DNA of 64,000 bases from Hemiscyllium ocellatum. Lineage: Eukaryota. The notes under the pieces were generated by a model. That model saw only the letters and a list, made by a program, of their open reading frames with translations. It was not told where the DNA came from and ran no database searches. This document shows, one piece after another, positions 11,765 through 26,310 of the stretch. The translations under genes were made by a program, and so were the position numbers. How positions within the stretch are numbered: the stretch's first letter is position 1; each line of letters opens with the position of its first letter. The stretch spans positions 41,750,533-41,814,532 of the forward strand of contig NC_083432.1 of assembly GCF_020745735.1 (NCBI RefSeq), in the 5' to 3' direction.

Positions 11765-13369
11765 CTGAAAGGAAACAAGTGTTACAGTGATGTACATTAG
11801 TAAGAATCCTTGCAAAGTTCTCACCTCAATCCTATTTCTTCCCATCACTCCACATGCCAGTGTGCTTACTCAACCATTCAATGTGTTCTTAAATTGATAA
11901 GTTAAAATGGAGAATCAAGGCTCAGAATAGTCAAAAGGAAGGAAGGTAGAGAGAGTAGAATCAGGAAACACTGTTTCAATGATGCCAAATATTGGATTGT
12001 AAAAGGGAGAAAGGACTGAGAAAGATAGATAAAGAGATCCAAAAGTTTTAAAGGGCAAGGAAATAACTCCTTACAATGTTTTTGTAATAGGACCAGCATT
12101 TGTTGCCCATTCTTAATTGCTATCCATATGGTCTTGCTAAACCAATTGAATATTAGAGTTCACAGGTTAGTAACATGCATTTAAACAGGAGGCCTTGACA
12201 GATTACTGCAGAGCATCTAACAGATGGTATACAGTACTACCTTCATGTACATGAGTCTTGCCTGCAATACTGGAGATAGGAATGGAATATGCATTGCTTG
12301 ACAAAAACAAAAGGAAGGGTTTCTAAAGGAATCCTGACTAATCATATTGAAAAGAGAGAATGGGAAATGAACATGAAGAATAAAAGTAGGTTTGCCAATT
12401 TTGATTGTACATATTCCTGGAGGTTTCAGCAATGTTCGCCCAACTGCAACAGACTCAGTTTCACTTCAAAAATTATTGGGAGACAAGGAGGATGTTTTCC
12501 ACGAAAGAAAAGCACAATTCTTTATTAAAATAACTCCATCATTCTCCTACTCGGAACAATGACAAGGATGAATGTTTAATTTCTGGATGTCCATGACAAT
12601 CTGAAGGCTTTGTAATAAAACTGACGTGGCGGATATTGACTTAGTGGGAAGATTGTATGAACCGCAGGTCTGACGTCAACTGCACAAAGCAATAATTACA
12701 TCCTATATAATTCTCACAGGGAAAAGTCCCACAAGAAAATGGAATGTTAACATTTTTCAATGTAACGAAGTGGATATCAAAACTTCTGTTGAATACAAGC
12801 AGCCTGGTAAAGTGGGGAATGCAGCAAAATCAACAATAATACTTAAGCACAAACTAACATGGCAAGCATTTCCAGCAATGTTGCATACCCATCCCACAGG
12901 GGTGAGGGGCCCAGAGCAAGTCATATTCAGTGAGATATCCCTTTCCAACCTGGTAAGTTACGCTGGGCTTCACCCTAGGCTCTTCAAATTTTCCTTCCAT
13001 TCCGCAAATGAAGGTTTACCCTCATTCTGCCCAATGGATTCCCCAGATGCCTACAATCCCAGCCTGGAGTGGTTGCTCCCATTAGCCCTACCCTAGGGAA
13101 CTGTTAAATGAAGGTGCAACTATTTCTTATACAGTAGAATTTGGAAAGCCTGTGATTCAAGAGAATACTTGCTCTTCCCCTGTACCATCTTGTTCTTCAT
13201 CTCCAAACACATCACTCTATAATTAGCAATTAGATTGGATGGGCTAGCAGTTATATGATAGCTAGAGATTTTGGTAGATTATCCCATTTTCTGGTAGATG
13301 ACCAGAGCCTTATGAAGTTAATGTTACAGCTGATGAGTTATTCTTTGCCAATAAAAAGATAATTAATAC

Positions 13370-13550
13370 CTGTCCACTCTCCATCACAGCTCTGGCCTGT
13401 TGGTGGGCCTGGTATAATTCATGTCTGCGATCCAGTTTTCTCTGGAACCGAGGCTGTTTCCTCACAGGATCATCGTCACCATAATTCGGAGAAATCACCA
13501 TCGGGACTGGCATGACATCATTGATAAAGATGAAGGGTTTGAAGACAGAT
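13370..13550 (-). CDS. SCRN2: Secernin-2 coding exon 6 (SVFKPFIF...DDDPVRKQPRFQ...ESGQ)
   Basis: aatag|A acceptor, CAG|gtatta donor, 181 nt. Confidence 0.95.
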
Positions 13551-14229
13551 CTATTAATAGATGTTTTAAAAATAAAATTAGTGTGGAGTGCAAAGGAATA
13601 GAGGGAAGTCATACAACAGTCACCACAAACCATCCTATTACCCACTCACTCCCAGACACAAAAATGTTTTTCAAAAATTTATGATTTCTCTTCTCGATGC
13701 AGAAAAATCAAAGTCATCAAGTCAAATCAAAACGCAAAGCAAACTTGGAAATAATTTTTGTTATAATGTGTACCCATACATTTTACAAATGACTACATTC
13801 AAGTTTCACTTCAAGACCATGACAGTAGGAGATAAAGGTAAAGTTAAAGTCATCATAGTGTTACTAGATCGTAGGGCTGCTCTCTCAGAGAGAGATGACT
13901 GCGATGGTTTAACCAGAGGGTCACCCTGCATTGAAAAAAAATGCCAACATTCCATTTAAAAGGATATCAAAATTTCTGTTGCATAAGAGAGCCCTTCATG
14001 ATAACCTCAGCCAGTGCAGGAATTGACCTCATACTGTTAGCATTACTCTGTATCACAAACTGGCCATCCTGCTAATTAACCCCCAATACAAGGTACATCA
14101 TTGCAGATTAACAAATTCATCTGATAAAACATCAAATAATGGATTGCCCCTATAGCAGAATTCATCAGAGCTTGACTTCGATATATTGGGGATAAGTTAT
14201 TAGCCTAAGAAAATATCTGCTACAAGCAG

Positions 14230-14570
14230 GGGCGATGGTAATGCAGTTGTAATGTCACTGAACTTGAAATTCAGAAGCTCAGGCTAATGTCTATAACATG
14301 GGTTTGAATCCTACCAAACCAACTAGCGGAATTTAAATCAATTAATATTTAAAAGCCAGTCTTTTAAAAGAGTGACAATGAACCCAATGTTGATCGTCTT
14401 AAAAACTCACTTGGGTCACCAGTGCCGTATAGAGAAGGAAATCTGCTATCCTTACCTCGTCTGACCTACATGTGACTCCAGACCCACAGCAATGCAGCCA
14501 ATTCTGAAAAGGCCTAGCAAGTCACTCAGTTCGAGGGCAATGAGGGACAGGCAACAAATGCTATTACTCG
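14230..14570 (+). mobile_element. tRNA-derived SINE with L2/CR1-like tail
   Basis: ggtttgaatcc B-box-like head and gggacaggcaacaaatgct tail. Relatives at ~1500-1690 (-), 7975-8225 (+) and 60740-60830 (-). Confidence 0.55.
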
Positions 14571-14622
14571 GGGTGCTACTTTCCATCAGAGAACAAAAGG
14601 AAAGAGCAACACAATACTGTTA

Positions 14623-14916
<294 letters not shown>

Positions 14917-15890
14917 TCAATTGTCACTATTAACTAACTATTGGATGTATGACCTTCACTATCATGCACTACAGCAACTGTGTGACCCATCTACAATATG
15001 CCCTACAGCAACTCATCAACATCTTAACAGCATTCCAATGTACAAATTCAATTGTACCAATCTAAAACTTAGAGCTAGTCCTTTCTCAAATGAAATTAGA
15101 GAACATATCCACATGCAGATGGTGGTCCAAGTTTGGTTTTCTTTTCAAGAAACAGTGAAGTTCATTTAACTTTAAATCAAAGATTGATATACTTTCTTGT
15201 TAATCTAAAAAAGGAAGGGAAAAAAGGGTGTATGTAGGTAATTGACAATAGGTCACATGATGTCCCTGAATGGTATAACAGGCTTGAGGGGCTAAAAATC
15301 CTTGTGTTCCCAAATACCCAGGATTATCAACAATCCACCATCAAACAACTGGCCTCATGGGAAAACAAAATCACAGGCAGAAGCTTCTTTTTCTTCCCCT
15401 ATGTGGGATAGGGACCAGAAAGTTGGCAAGTTGCTTAGTCAAAGGTTAACAGAAGAAGCCGTGTATTTCTTAACTTGGAAAATTCTGGAATACTGAGGAA
15501 AATTAAAGTGATTTCCAATGTGTTGTGGCATACCTTTGTGTTAGTGCCCACAGAAGTGGCCAACTGTCAATATTTTGTAAGATAAAAAAGATCTTTAATG
15601 GAGGGGGGTGTATAGGTGGAATGTAACGTAGAACTGAATTCATAGCTAAGTAGTCTTGAGCTGTACAATGTTCAGTTAATAGTGCTAGTGTTACTTTTTC
15701 TAACAATAATAATAAAGTCATTTTTTTGTATATAAATGGAAAATCTTGTGGTGTGGTTCTTTTAATTATAGTGTCATTTGAGATTTCCCTCCAGTTGTTA
15801 TACCAGTAACCGTGTTTTCAACTACTCGCTCACCTGTCTAACAACACTTGTATGCAATAACATTACTTAACGATTCTGAATTTTATTCAC

Positions 15891-16103
15891 CTTGTTTACA
15901 GAGCAGCTCCTTGCCTCCTGTGTAACGAACATTTGCAGCCTCCATTCTCGTTGCTGGGTTAGTCAGGGAGAAAACCTTGGAGAAGTTGAACTCACCAACA
16001 CCACTCCACCATCCCCGACGCTGGGCGTAGTTTCGAAGCTCAGGGTGCTCAAAGCTGATCTCTGTGGTGATGGTCAGCTGATTGGAGATATTTTTTGCTC
16101 CTT
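15891..16103 (-). CDS. SCRN2: Secernin-2 coding exon 4 ([10 protein letters not shown]...RMEAA...LLCKQ)
   Basis: ttatcag|AA acceptor, G|gtgaat donor, 213 nt. The RMEAA segment is SCRN2-like. Confidence 0.95.
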
Positions 16104-18180
16104 CTGATAAATATAAAGAACATGCGTATAAAAGAAACTGAGTCATCTTTGTAATAGGACATAAATTTTACATCAGTCAGATCCAGTTCATTTTATTTCT
16201 CCCCCTTCAATTTGTGCCGAGGCAAGCTGGTGCTCTGGCAGTGCCAACTATTCTCAGTCACATCTCTAATTCATTAAATGTGATCCCAGACATCGGGTGA
16301 GTGAGTTAGGAAGTGTCATACTAGATTTGAAACATTAACTTTGTTTCTCTCTCCACAGAAGCTACAGTCTGAGCTTCTTCAGCATTTTCTTTTTTTTTAA
16401 ATCTTAGATTTCCATCACCCCACAATCATTTATTTAATTAATTGCAGCTAACCTCATTGTGACCAAGATCATACACATTGATTGCTAGTTAGCAATTTAG
16501 AGGAACAGTCCAAATGTCAAAGAGACACCTTTTTGGAGTAAAGTAGGAAAGGGCTCGACACACAAAGGGTGGTAGAATTTCAGAACTCACTTCTGTAAAT
16601 GGTTATTGACAGTAGACCAGTTGTTAATTCTAAAGAAGTGATGTGTTAGTCAAAGATACAAAGGGATGTGGAGCAACAGCAGGTAACATAGGGTGAAGAT
16701 TAACCATGAATTACTAAATGACAGAACAGGCCCAAGTTAAATGGTCTCCCATGTTCCTATGATTGCAATCTCTCTTCAAACGTTCTACCCTCTACCTCCA
16801 ACATGTTAAAAGCAATTCTACTATTCCTTTGAATGAACTCAACAAAGACCAGGCAACAATTTGGCATTTGTATACTACACAAATTATTTAAAGACAAGAG
16901 CTTTTTGATCATAATAAGAAGTTAGTCATCATGCTGATTCTATCAATGTCCATTTCTTGACCGTTCACTGGACACTTGGATAAGAGCAAAGACTTTACCA
17001 ATCCAGTTTCCAGTCCAAACTCCACCCTCTGGAAATTGCACAACAGACAGTGGGAGAGAAGCTCAGGAACACAACTAGAATTAAGCATAACTGACCGGCA
17101 TCACATTGTTACCCAATATTATCAACAATAGATATGAAGTGAATAACAATTTAAAGTCACTGAATTGTTACAGTGCAGAAAGAGGCCAATTAGCCCATCG
17201 TAACTACTCTAACTCTCAAAAATCAGCTGTGTCATTCTCCTGCCTTCTCCCTCTACCCTGCATATTGTTCCTTTCAAATAACCATCTCTTTCCCTTTTGA
17301 TGTCTCCATTGAACCTGCCTCCACCATACTTTCACACAGTGCATTTCAGAACCTAACTACTCATTGCATGTAAAAGTTACCCTCCTATCCAACTTTTGCT
17401 TCTTCTACTAATTCCTTTAAATGGTCTAAGTGATTTTAATAGATAGGAGACAATCATACAACAACAATCCTGATATACCCATCTGCTACAAGTGAGCAGG
17501 ATGACTAATTTTAGTTTATGATAAACCTTGATTGTACAGTCACAATTTTACCACACAGTTGTCACACACACTGACACATTTAGACTGAAGACCTTTTCAT
17601 TGCTCTAAGACATAATATATCAGCATTTTGAGACTATATAGAGGCTTAGCAAATAATTCAAAGAAGCCTGGACTGAAAAACATAATACTGAACCAAATCA
17701 GCATCCTGTCAGTATTCAAAAACAAGACAAAGCCACTGGATAGTTTAGACATGTAAATAAATGATTCATGATAAAATATGAATGTGGTTGTACATTTTTA
17801 TGCAAAGTGATTACACCAAGTATATAATCTATTTGGGAATTGCAATGCACCAGAGCCTAAAGCTCTTAGTCATATGGAAAGTTCCACTTGATAATAAGTT
17901 GGCTTTGTTTCTCCCCCATCCTGAGCCAGTTATTTCTCCTCTGTCAAGAATTATATAATCATAAGTTTCTTTTTGCTAAGTGGCTGAAAGGAGTTTTACA
18001 TATCTTAGGTATCTGCAGTAGTTTAGAATATGGACTGTTTATTAGAGAAATGTAGTACATTTTTGCTTTGGTACTGCATTGACTTAACGGCCTCAAATGG
18101 AGTTCTGCAGATTGCAACATTGTGAAATCTTTAATATTACCTTATTAAGAGAACACAGATTAACCACAAAATGATTTTCA

Positions 18181-18525
<345 letters not shown>

Positions 18526-19328
18526 TTACACGTCAGACACACAAGCTAGAGAGGCATTTTGATCGGTATACTATTATTGTAATATATTTGCAAACAAAAT
18601 GCAATAGATTTAGTCACACTTACAATTCACACCCCTTTTAATAAAAATGTACAAATATTACTAATGGTGTTAAAGTGAATGAGATAGCCATGTGGCAAAC
18701 ATTTTGTATAAAGATACTGTCTTTTCCTGTAGTCCTCAAAGTTATTTAGATTAGCCCTTGAATACACTCTCCCTGCATATGCTTCAACAAATAATCAAAT
18801 ACCTGTAATTAAAGACTCCTGTGTTAGCTAGAAGTAACCACAATAAAAGGTGGTATTCACTGACAAATACTTAACAAGTTCTTCTAAAGATGGCATTTGT
18901 ACAGCTCCTTTCACAAAGTCAGGAGAATCCGAAATATTTGCTTCTCTCGATCCAAATACAAGACCTAACTCATTACTATAAAATGGTTAGATGCTACCGG
19001 AAGGTAATATACAGAGCATTTTCAGACTATATGCTGTTTAGGGTGATGGCACTTGACTATTAATCTAGAAGTTTAAATCCTAACATAACAAGTAGAGCAA
19101 TTGAATAGAAAAAAATGTCATCATTTTGTACATGCATAAGAAATAAAAACCAAGTACTGTGGTTAGCTCAATTGGCTGAATGGCTACAATTGTTGCAGAG
19201 TGATGTTGATATTATGCGCTCAATAACCATACTGTTATCAGCAATTCATGTCAGCCTCCCTCCTCCCCTTACCCCACAGTGTGATGTGGTGTCCCTCCAT
19301 CTATATCCAACCTATAGTCTGGCCTGAC

Positions 19329-19383
19329 CAGAGAGAGAGAGAGCGAGACAGAGACAGAGAGACAGAGACAGAGAGACAGAGAT
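19329..19383. repeat. (GA)n/(GACAGA)n microsatellite
   Basis: Direct reading. Confidence 0.9.
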
Positions 19384-20408
19384 GCCTGTTGTTCCTTTGT
19401 GGACAATGATTAATTGTATGACAATCAAATTTCCAGATTTGTTACAAAAACTCAGCTGGTTCATTCTTCATTAAAAAGCAGGGCTGCCTCCACTTTCAAC
19501 CCTGTCTTTACATGTTTTCTATGCATGGTAAATATAGAAAAGAGTTAATGGTTAGGAGGAAGTCATTTGCCCAATCATGTCTGTGCCAGTCAAAATAAAA
19601 AAAGGGAATATAGCCCTGTAGGTTACAGCATTTTATGTATTTATCCAAATATATTTGATATTCAATGAGGATTTTTACATTTACAATTCTTTTAGACAGA
19701 GTTCCAGACCCTCAAACCAAGATTATGTTTCTTTAATAGGCTCCTGGTTCATAGCCAAATTACTAAGGGAAATAAAATCTTCCTATCCAATTTATTTACC
19801 TAGAATAAATCTTCCTTAGCCTCTTCTGTAGAAAAACAAGCAATGTCAACCCTTCCACCTAACTAAATATCCTTTACTACCGGTAACATCCTTGCAAAAC
19901 CTTCTCAATACACTTCTAGTGCAACTTACTAATGTTTTATCCAGCTTTAGAAGAACTTCCCTGTTTTTATATTGAAATGAATTTAGATAATAAAAAGATG
20001 CTAGATGAAACTCACCCTGTGTGCCTTAAACCCCGCTACATACTTAATGCTAATACTCCCATTTCAAACAGGGATAGGCAAAATTGGAATATAGGTAATT
20101 TTGACAAGATAAAAACTTAGTCCTCACATGTTATATCTAAGCATTTTTACAGCAAGGCATAAAAAAGGAAAAATATCAAACCAAAATGGCGCCAACCATT
20201 GAGTTGAAAATTCCCACTACCAAGGAGCATCCCATTAAGTCTAATCTCAAAATAGAAATTGAGTTCAAAGCTGATGCTCCATCATGCTAAGTTCCTGAAG
20301 TTCATATAAAGTAACACAGTGACTACTGTGCAGTATAACCTACTGGTTATGAAACATTTGTACTGATACAGTGGTTTTCATCTTATTATAAATGGAAAGA
20401 AGCTTCTA

Positions 20409-20648
<240 letters not shown>

Positions 20649-21981
20649 CTAAAAATGATGTTGGACTGAGGTGGACAAAGTTAAAAACCCAAATGGGTAC
20701 ATCCATTGCTATGTGCTAAACCAAACAATCCATGTGTTATGGTACCTTAAAGAGAATTAAGTGGTGCTGTAATTGAGGTGCTTAGAATAACTAAAGGATT
20801 TTGACCAGATAGCTGGAGAAATCCCTAAAAAGAGGGTATGAACTTAAAATTAGAGCCAGTCTATTCAATAGAGACCTTAATGAAGCTAAACTATTCTAGA
20901 AAGTGGGTGGCAAAATAGACCAGGAAAGAATGTGGAAAATACCTCTACTACCTTCAGTTTACCTGAAACTCAAAATAAGATTGTAGATGTAGAAATATGG
21001 TGCCTGAAATTAGAAGACTTGTCTTTACACTATTTTTTTCAAATCAATGGAAGATAGTCATAAAATGGAAGATTGCATAAGATACATGAACATCCATAAT
21101 TTGGATATAATCTTCCGTACAACAAATTTCACTTTTGAACAAAAAGTGATTTGAAGTGGTTTTCTAACTAGTAAAGGAACCTTGAATAATCATTACAGCA
21201 AATGACCTATAGGAAATGCAACAGCATAGCAAAGGAAAAATTTAACTTGAAGATCTAAATGACCAGGAAAGAGCAACCTTCATAACAGTGTAGGAAATAT
21301 GGTAAGTCATATTATACAGATGCTTGACGTTTTCACTGTAAATTTTCCTATAAGAATCAGTAATTCAAATAGATTAAAACCTGTATTAAAATGAGTGGGG
21401 GGAGAAGTTAATCAATGGTATTTGCACAGTAATGTGCATGGCTAAGATTGTATCAAATCATTCTGTATCAGAAAGTGTTCGAGATTCCGTGTATCAATAT
21501 GCTAGATGATAGCATAAAGCTTCAACAGGAACTCTCAATACTCAAGACTTTTAAAATTAAAAAAAGCTCAACAAATGTACCTCAAGACCATTTGCTTGCA
21601 TTAATACTTTGCTCCAAAAGACAGACTCTTAAACAATGAAATGCAAATTCACAGATGCACCTCACATTTATGTACCCCACACCAGAGAACTTTCATTGAA
21701 GGCTGACAAACCAGTTGTGATTCAAGACAGTAAACTTGGACAATAATCCAATTTCCAATCATTTAATTGTCTGGGAAACTGAAAACTGTCTGCATTCAAG
21801 GACCTCCAATATAGGAAAACTTGCATTAGCAAGGCAGCAAAACAAAATTGTACTTTCTTTTTGTCTCTGTCATCACTCCACCTTCTTTATCAATAGTTTC
21901 CCTCTGAACCGAGTGTTCTCAGCACTTTTTTTCTTTATCCACAGTCAGATTCCAGATGGAAAACAGATGTTAATCTCTTAC

Positions 21982-22179
21982 CTCTACCTTAGAGCCTGGT
22001 ACATATACAGCTGCAGGAAAGTAAACCACTTCCTGAACCTCATCCCATGGTCTGTCCGAGTTCTTCCCGAAAATCACCTCTTTTCTCTCAGTGGCAGGTG
22101 GAAGAGCAACAAAGCAGTCACAAGAAGAGGGAGCACAGACGATACTAGCAGTCATTCTGTCAGAGTCAGAGAGCACCAT
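21982..22179 (-). CDS. SCRN2: Secernin-2 coding exon 1 ([29 protein letters not shown]...GSKVE)
   Basis: Translation resembles the secernin N-terminus ([23 protein letters not shown]). Acceptor tttag ends at 22184, ATG at 22179 with a second in-frame ATG at 22155, donor GAG|gtaaga, phase 0. Confidence 0.93.
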
Positions 22180-24215
22180 CACTCTAAAGTCAGTATTACA
22201 CAGTAACAAAGTATTTATAAACCAAAGGCTCTTGTGCCTCTTTGCTGTTCCAACTTGGATACCATCCCAACTTGGGATGATAATCGCCAATCCTTCAATT
22301 CAATTTAGCTCAAAATCCTGAAACTCCTTACCAATAGCACGGTGGAGGAAACTACATCTCAGATGACAGCAGTTCAAATGCTCCACCCTTTCAAGAGCAA
22401 CTGGTGATGGCCAATAAACTCCTGCCTTGCCAGCAATGCCTAAATCCCAATAATAAATATTAAAATAAAACCACTGCTTACTTTTATTAACCCAAAAGCA
22501 AAGATCAGTTATCTTGTGCAATTTGCTAGTTTGGAGGAAATACTGAGATAGTCAATTCAGAAGCTCCTTGGTTCAATGCCTGGTATAGCTGAGTCAGACA
22601 AGATAACGGGAATGGTATTATCATTGGTCTCAATGTCCAGATTTAAAGAGGAGAGGAGACAAGTAAAGTCTTGCTCCTGCCTTCTATTCATCAACCCCCA
22701 TGATAAATTGATACATAGGCAATAGTGGGCTCACATATGATGTTGTATACCTTGTTGACACACTGTTGAGGATCAAGCATAGTGAATGACTCTTGGGTGG
22801 TATGAGAAAGTGTATGTGAAAGTCTGAGATTTTCACAACATACTATTCAGCTTTTGGTTTTGGAAATGGGTCCTTTTTCAATAAAGCTCCCCCATACGAA
22901 TATGATATGAAATGATTATCAATTTCCTGAACAGGTGACAAATGAGCAGTTCTGGGAGCTAAAGAGGCCCCCATTCAGCTTAAGCATGGAAGCAAACTTT
23001 TTACACCCCTGACCAAAAGTGTTTTATAACCAAAGAAACCTGGAGTGTAGTCATTGGCCTAAAATTCATGTCAGCCAATTGCCAAGAAAGATCCCACAAA
23101 TTGGTCATTAACTTAAAATGTTGGCTGCTTCTCCCTCCAGAAACACTGCCAGGCCATCAAAGCATTCCCAGCTATTTATATTTTTACTTCAGAATTGCAG
23201 TGTCCTCCATATTTTCTTTTTGTTCCACACTCAAGATGGCGTTAATATCAGTTAGGGAACGATGAGAACACACTATCTTCTTCACATCACTTACAGTCAT
23301 AGAGATGTACAGCATGGAAACAGACCCTTCAGTCCAAGTCATCCATGCCAACTAGATACCCCAACCCAATCTAGTCCCACCTGCTAACACCTGGTCCATA
23401 TCCCTTCAAATCCTTCCTATTCATATACCCATCCAGATGCCTTTTAAATGCTGCAATTGTACTAGCCTCCACCACTTACTCAACCAGGTAAAACTAAAAC
23501 GCAGGACTACTTGATTTTCAAATAAAGGAGCCACCATGTCACAGACAGGGTTAAGTGACCTCAAGTGCTGTTAAGCTCAGCCACGTCTAGTAGTAAATGA
23601 TGGCGTATAATTACACAACTAATAAAAGGAAGAGGCTCCACATATCCATGCTTCAATAATCCCATGGGACTTCTCTCCATTTCCCACCCCAAATGAGACA
23701 GAGTCTCGCTTTGGCGTCCCACTACCCCCGACAGTGCAGTACTCCCTCAGTACCTGTATTTACAATGTCAAACCAAATAATGTGCTCAAGTTTTGAGAGA
23801 AGGACTTGAACTCACCACCTTCTGATTTCAGAGGGGAGGGTATTACTTACCCACTGGCAGATGTTTCTACAAAACTGAGATCCGAGGTGTGGATGTATCA
23901 TTAATAATTGGTTACAGTAACTGGTCAGTTTCAGGTTACAGCTGCTATTTGCAGTTTCACTAGGCCCCAAAAAGAGCCCGGTAGGATCACAATATTATAA
24001 CCTGTGGTCTGTAGTCCAAATCCTACCAAGCGAAGAGAGAGAAAAAAAAACCAAAGCTCGGGCAGAAAGAGACCCGGGAAGAAATATCAATATTCGGGCC
24101 CTGCTGACAGAGCCGCAATTAGGTGGATTCCCACCTACACCTTACACATAACAATGCCCCTCGCTCCTCCGCAAAGTCTGCGGTATTTTCCCAACAAGAG
24201 GACAAAAACACTCAC

Positions 24216-24470
24216 TGCTACCCTCCACCAGATTTCCCTACCTTTGTTTATACAAAGTAAATCCCTGCACTGCTCAAACTGAGCTGAGATCAATGTCTGA
24301 CTCTCTTCCTTTCAGAGTCAGCTGACAGTCCCAGTCCCACACACATCCACCGTTAGGTAGTAAAGTTAACCCCCTCGCTCTCTGTACGGAAGTGACCGCA
24401 GTCCAGGAAATGAGAAACCTCCGGCCAAAACGCCAAGTTGAGAGCTACCACACTCTTCCGTCAGCAACCT
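24216..24470 (-). promoter_or_regulatory. SCRN2: Probable SCRN2 promoter and non-coding first exon
   Basis: Locally CpG-richer. ETS/GABP motif CGGAAGTG at 24387-24394 plus other GGAA cores. Candidate donor GCA|gtgagt at 24216/24215, 2 kb upstream of the first coding exon. Confidence 0.55.
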
Positions 24471-24599
24471 ACTCCCACTCTGTAACAGATGTCCTGCAAA
24501 AAGTATAGCAATATGCTCTGCCACATGGTTTGTCTCTTAACCCCTTTCACTCCACAAGCTAATAATGGGAATAATTGAAAAAATTGTTTCCGTTTACAT

Positions 24600-24905
24600 C
24601 AGAAAGAAAGCTTACATTTTTATAGCGCACTGCCATCATCGGATGTCCCAGAGTGCTTTAGAGTCAATGATGCACTTTTTAAAGTGAATTGGGTTGTTGT
24701 GATGTGGGAAATGTGGCATCTAGTTACACACAGGAAGCTCTTATAAACAGCAATGTGATAATGACCGGATAATCTGCTGAAGGATGTTCTTCAAAATATG
24801 GCCCTGAGGTCTTTTGCATCTATCCAATGTGTGTGTGTGGGGGGTGTCTCCACTTCATGACTCGTCTAAAAGCTAGAATCTCTGACACTGCAGCATGCAC
24901 CAACC
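24600..24905 (-). mobile_element. Deu-domain SINE (SacSINE1/AmnSINE-like), decayed
   Basis: Reverse complement of ggtcattatcacattgctgttt, resembling the Deu core. Related fragments at ~372-465, 23730-23850, 27950-28250 and 30040-30530. Confidence 0.55.
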
Positions 24906-25971
24906 AGGAATTACAACTAATCCGTCTCTGAATATGCCTGAGGTTTGACAGAAGTTTATAAAATCATGAGGAGCATGGATAGGGTAAACAGCCAGGGTAG
25001 GGGAATCCAAAACTACAGGGCATAGGTTTAAGGTGGGTGGGGAACGATTTAAATGGGACCTGAGGGGCAACTTTTTTTCACAAAGAGGGTGGTACGTGTG
25101 TGAAACAAGAAGAAGTAGGTGGTGGGCTGGTACAATTACAAAATTTAAAAGGTATCTGGATGGGTACATGAATAGGAAGGGTTTAGAGGGATCAACGGTT
25201 ACAAGGAGAAAGTGGGAGAATGGGGTTGAGAAACGTATCAGCCATGATTGAATGGTGGAGCTGACTCGATGGGATGAATGGCCTAATTCTGTACCTGTAC
25301 CTTATCAGGCCAAATGCTGGTAAATGGGACTAGATTAATTTAGGATAGCTGGTTGGCATGATCAAATTGGACGTGAGGGTCTGTTTCAATGTTGTACATC
25401 TCTATAACTCTATGATTCTAAGTGTTCCATGTATCAAAACCCAGTCAAATGTGAATCAAAAATAACACATCCTAAATTCTGCATAACGTAAATGAGAGAT
25501 AAGACAACTACTATATCAGCTTAATAGAAAAAAGTTTGTATGACAAGAAATGGGATGTCTAATTTGTCTCAAAAAGATGTCAACCTTAACGTGAAGGAGG
25601 CATAACATAGACTAAATGTAGGTTAAATCATCCAAAATATTTTGGAACAAAAATATAAATTCCTGGAGAAACTCAGCAGGTCTGGCAGCATTTGTGGAGA
25701 GAAAACAGAATGAATGTTACAAGACAGCTGATGGTCAGTCACTGGAGTCATAACATTGACTCTCTCTTCTCCCCACAGATGCTGCCAGACCTGCTGAGCT
25801 TCTCCAACAATTTCCATTTTTGTCTCAGATCTCCAACATCTGTAGTTCTTTGTTTTACTTTTTGTAACAAAACCACTAGATCAGTGGAAATGTCAGTATT
25901 GTGATTCATGTTCAAAACATTAAGAGAGATAACAAATGTATTCAAGATGTATCTTAAATCCAGAAGGCATC

Positions 25972-26310
25972 CATAGAATCCCTACAATGTGGAAACAGGC
26001 CCTTTAGCCCAACGAGTCCACACTGTTCATCCAAAGAGTAACCCACCCAGACCCATTCCTGCTACCCTATATTTACCCCTGACTAATGCACCTAACCTAC
26101 ACATCCGTGAACACTATGGGTATTTTAGCACAGCCAATTCGCCTAACCTGCATATTTTTGGATTGTGGGAGGAAACCAGAGCACCCAGAGGAAACCCACG
26201 CAGACACAAAGAGCATGTGCAAACTCCACACAGTCACCTAAGACTGGAATCAAACCTAGGCCCCATGCATTGTGAGGCAGCAGTGCTAACCATTGAGCCA
26301 CCATGGCCCC
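25972..26310 (-). mobile_element. HE1-like V-SINE
   Basis: tRNA head, V-domain and CR1-type tail. Confidence 0.82.
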
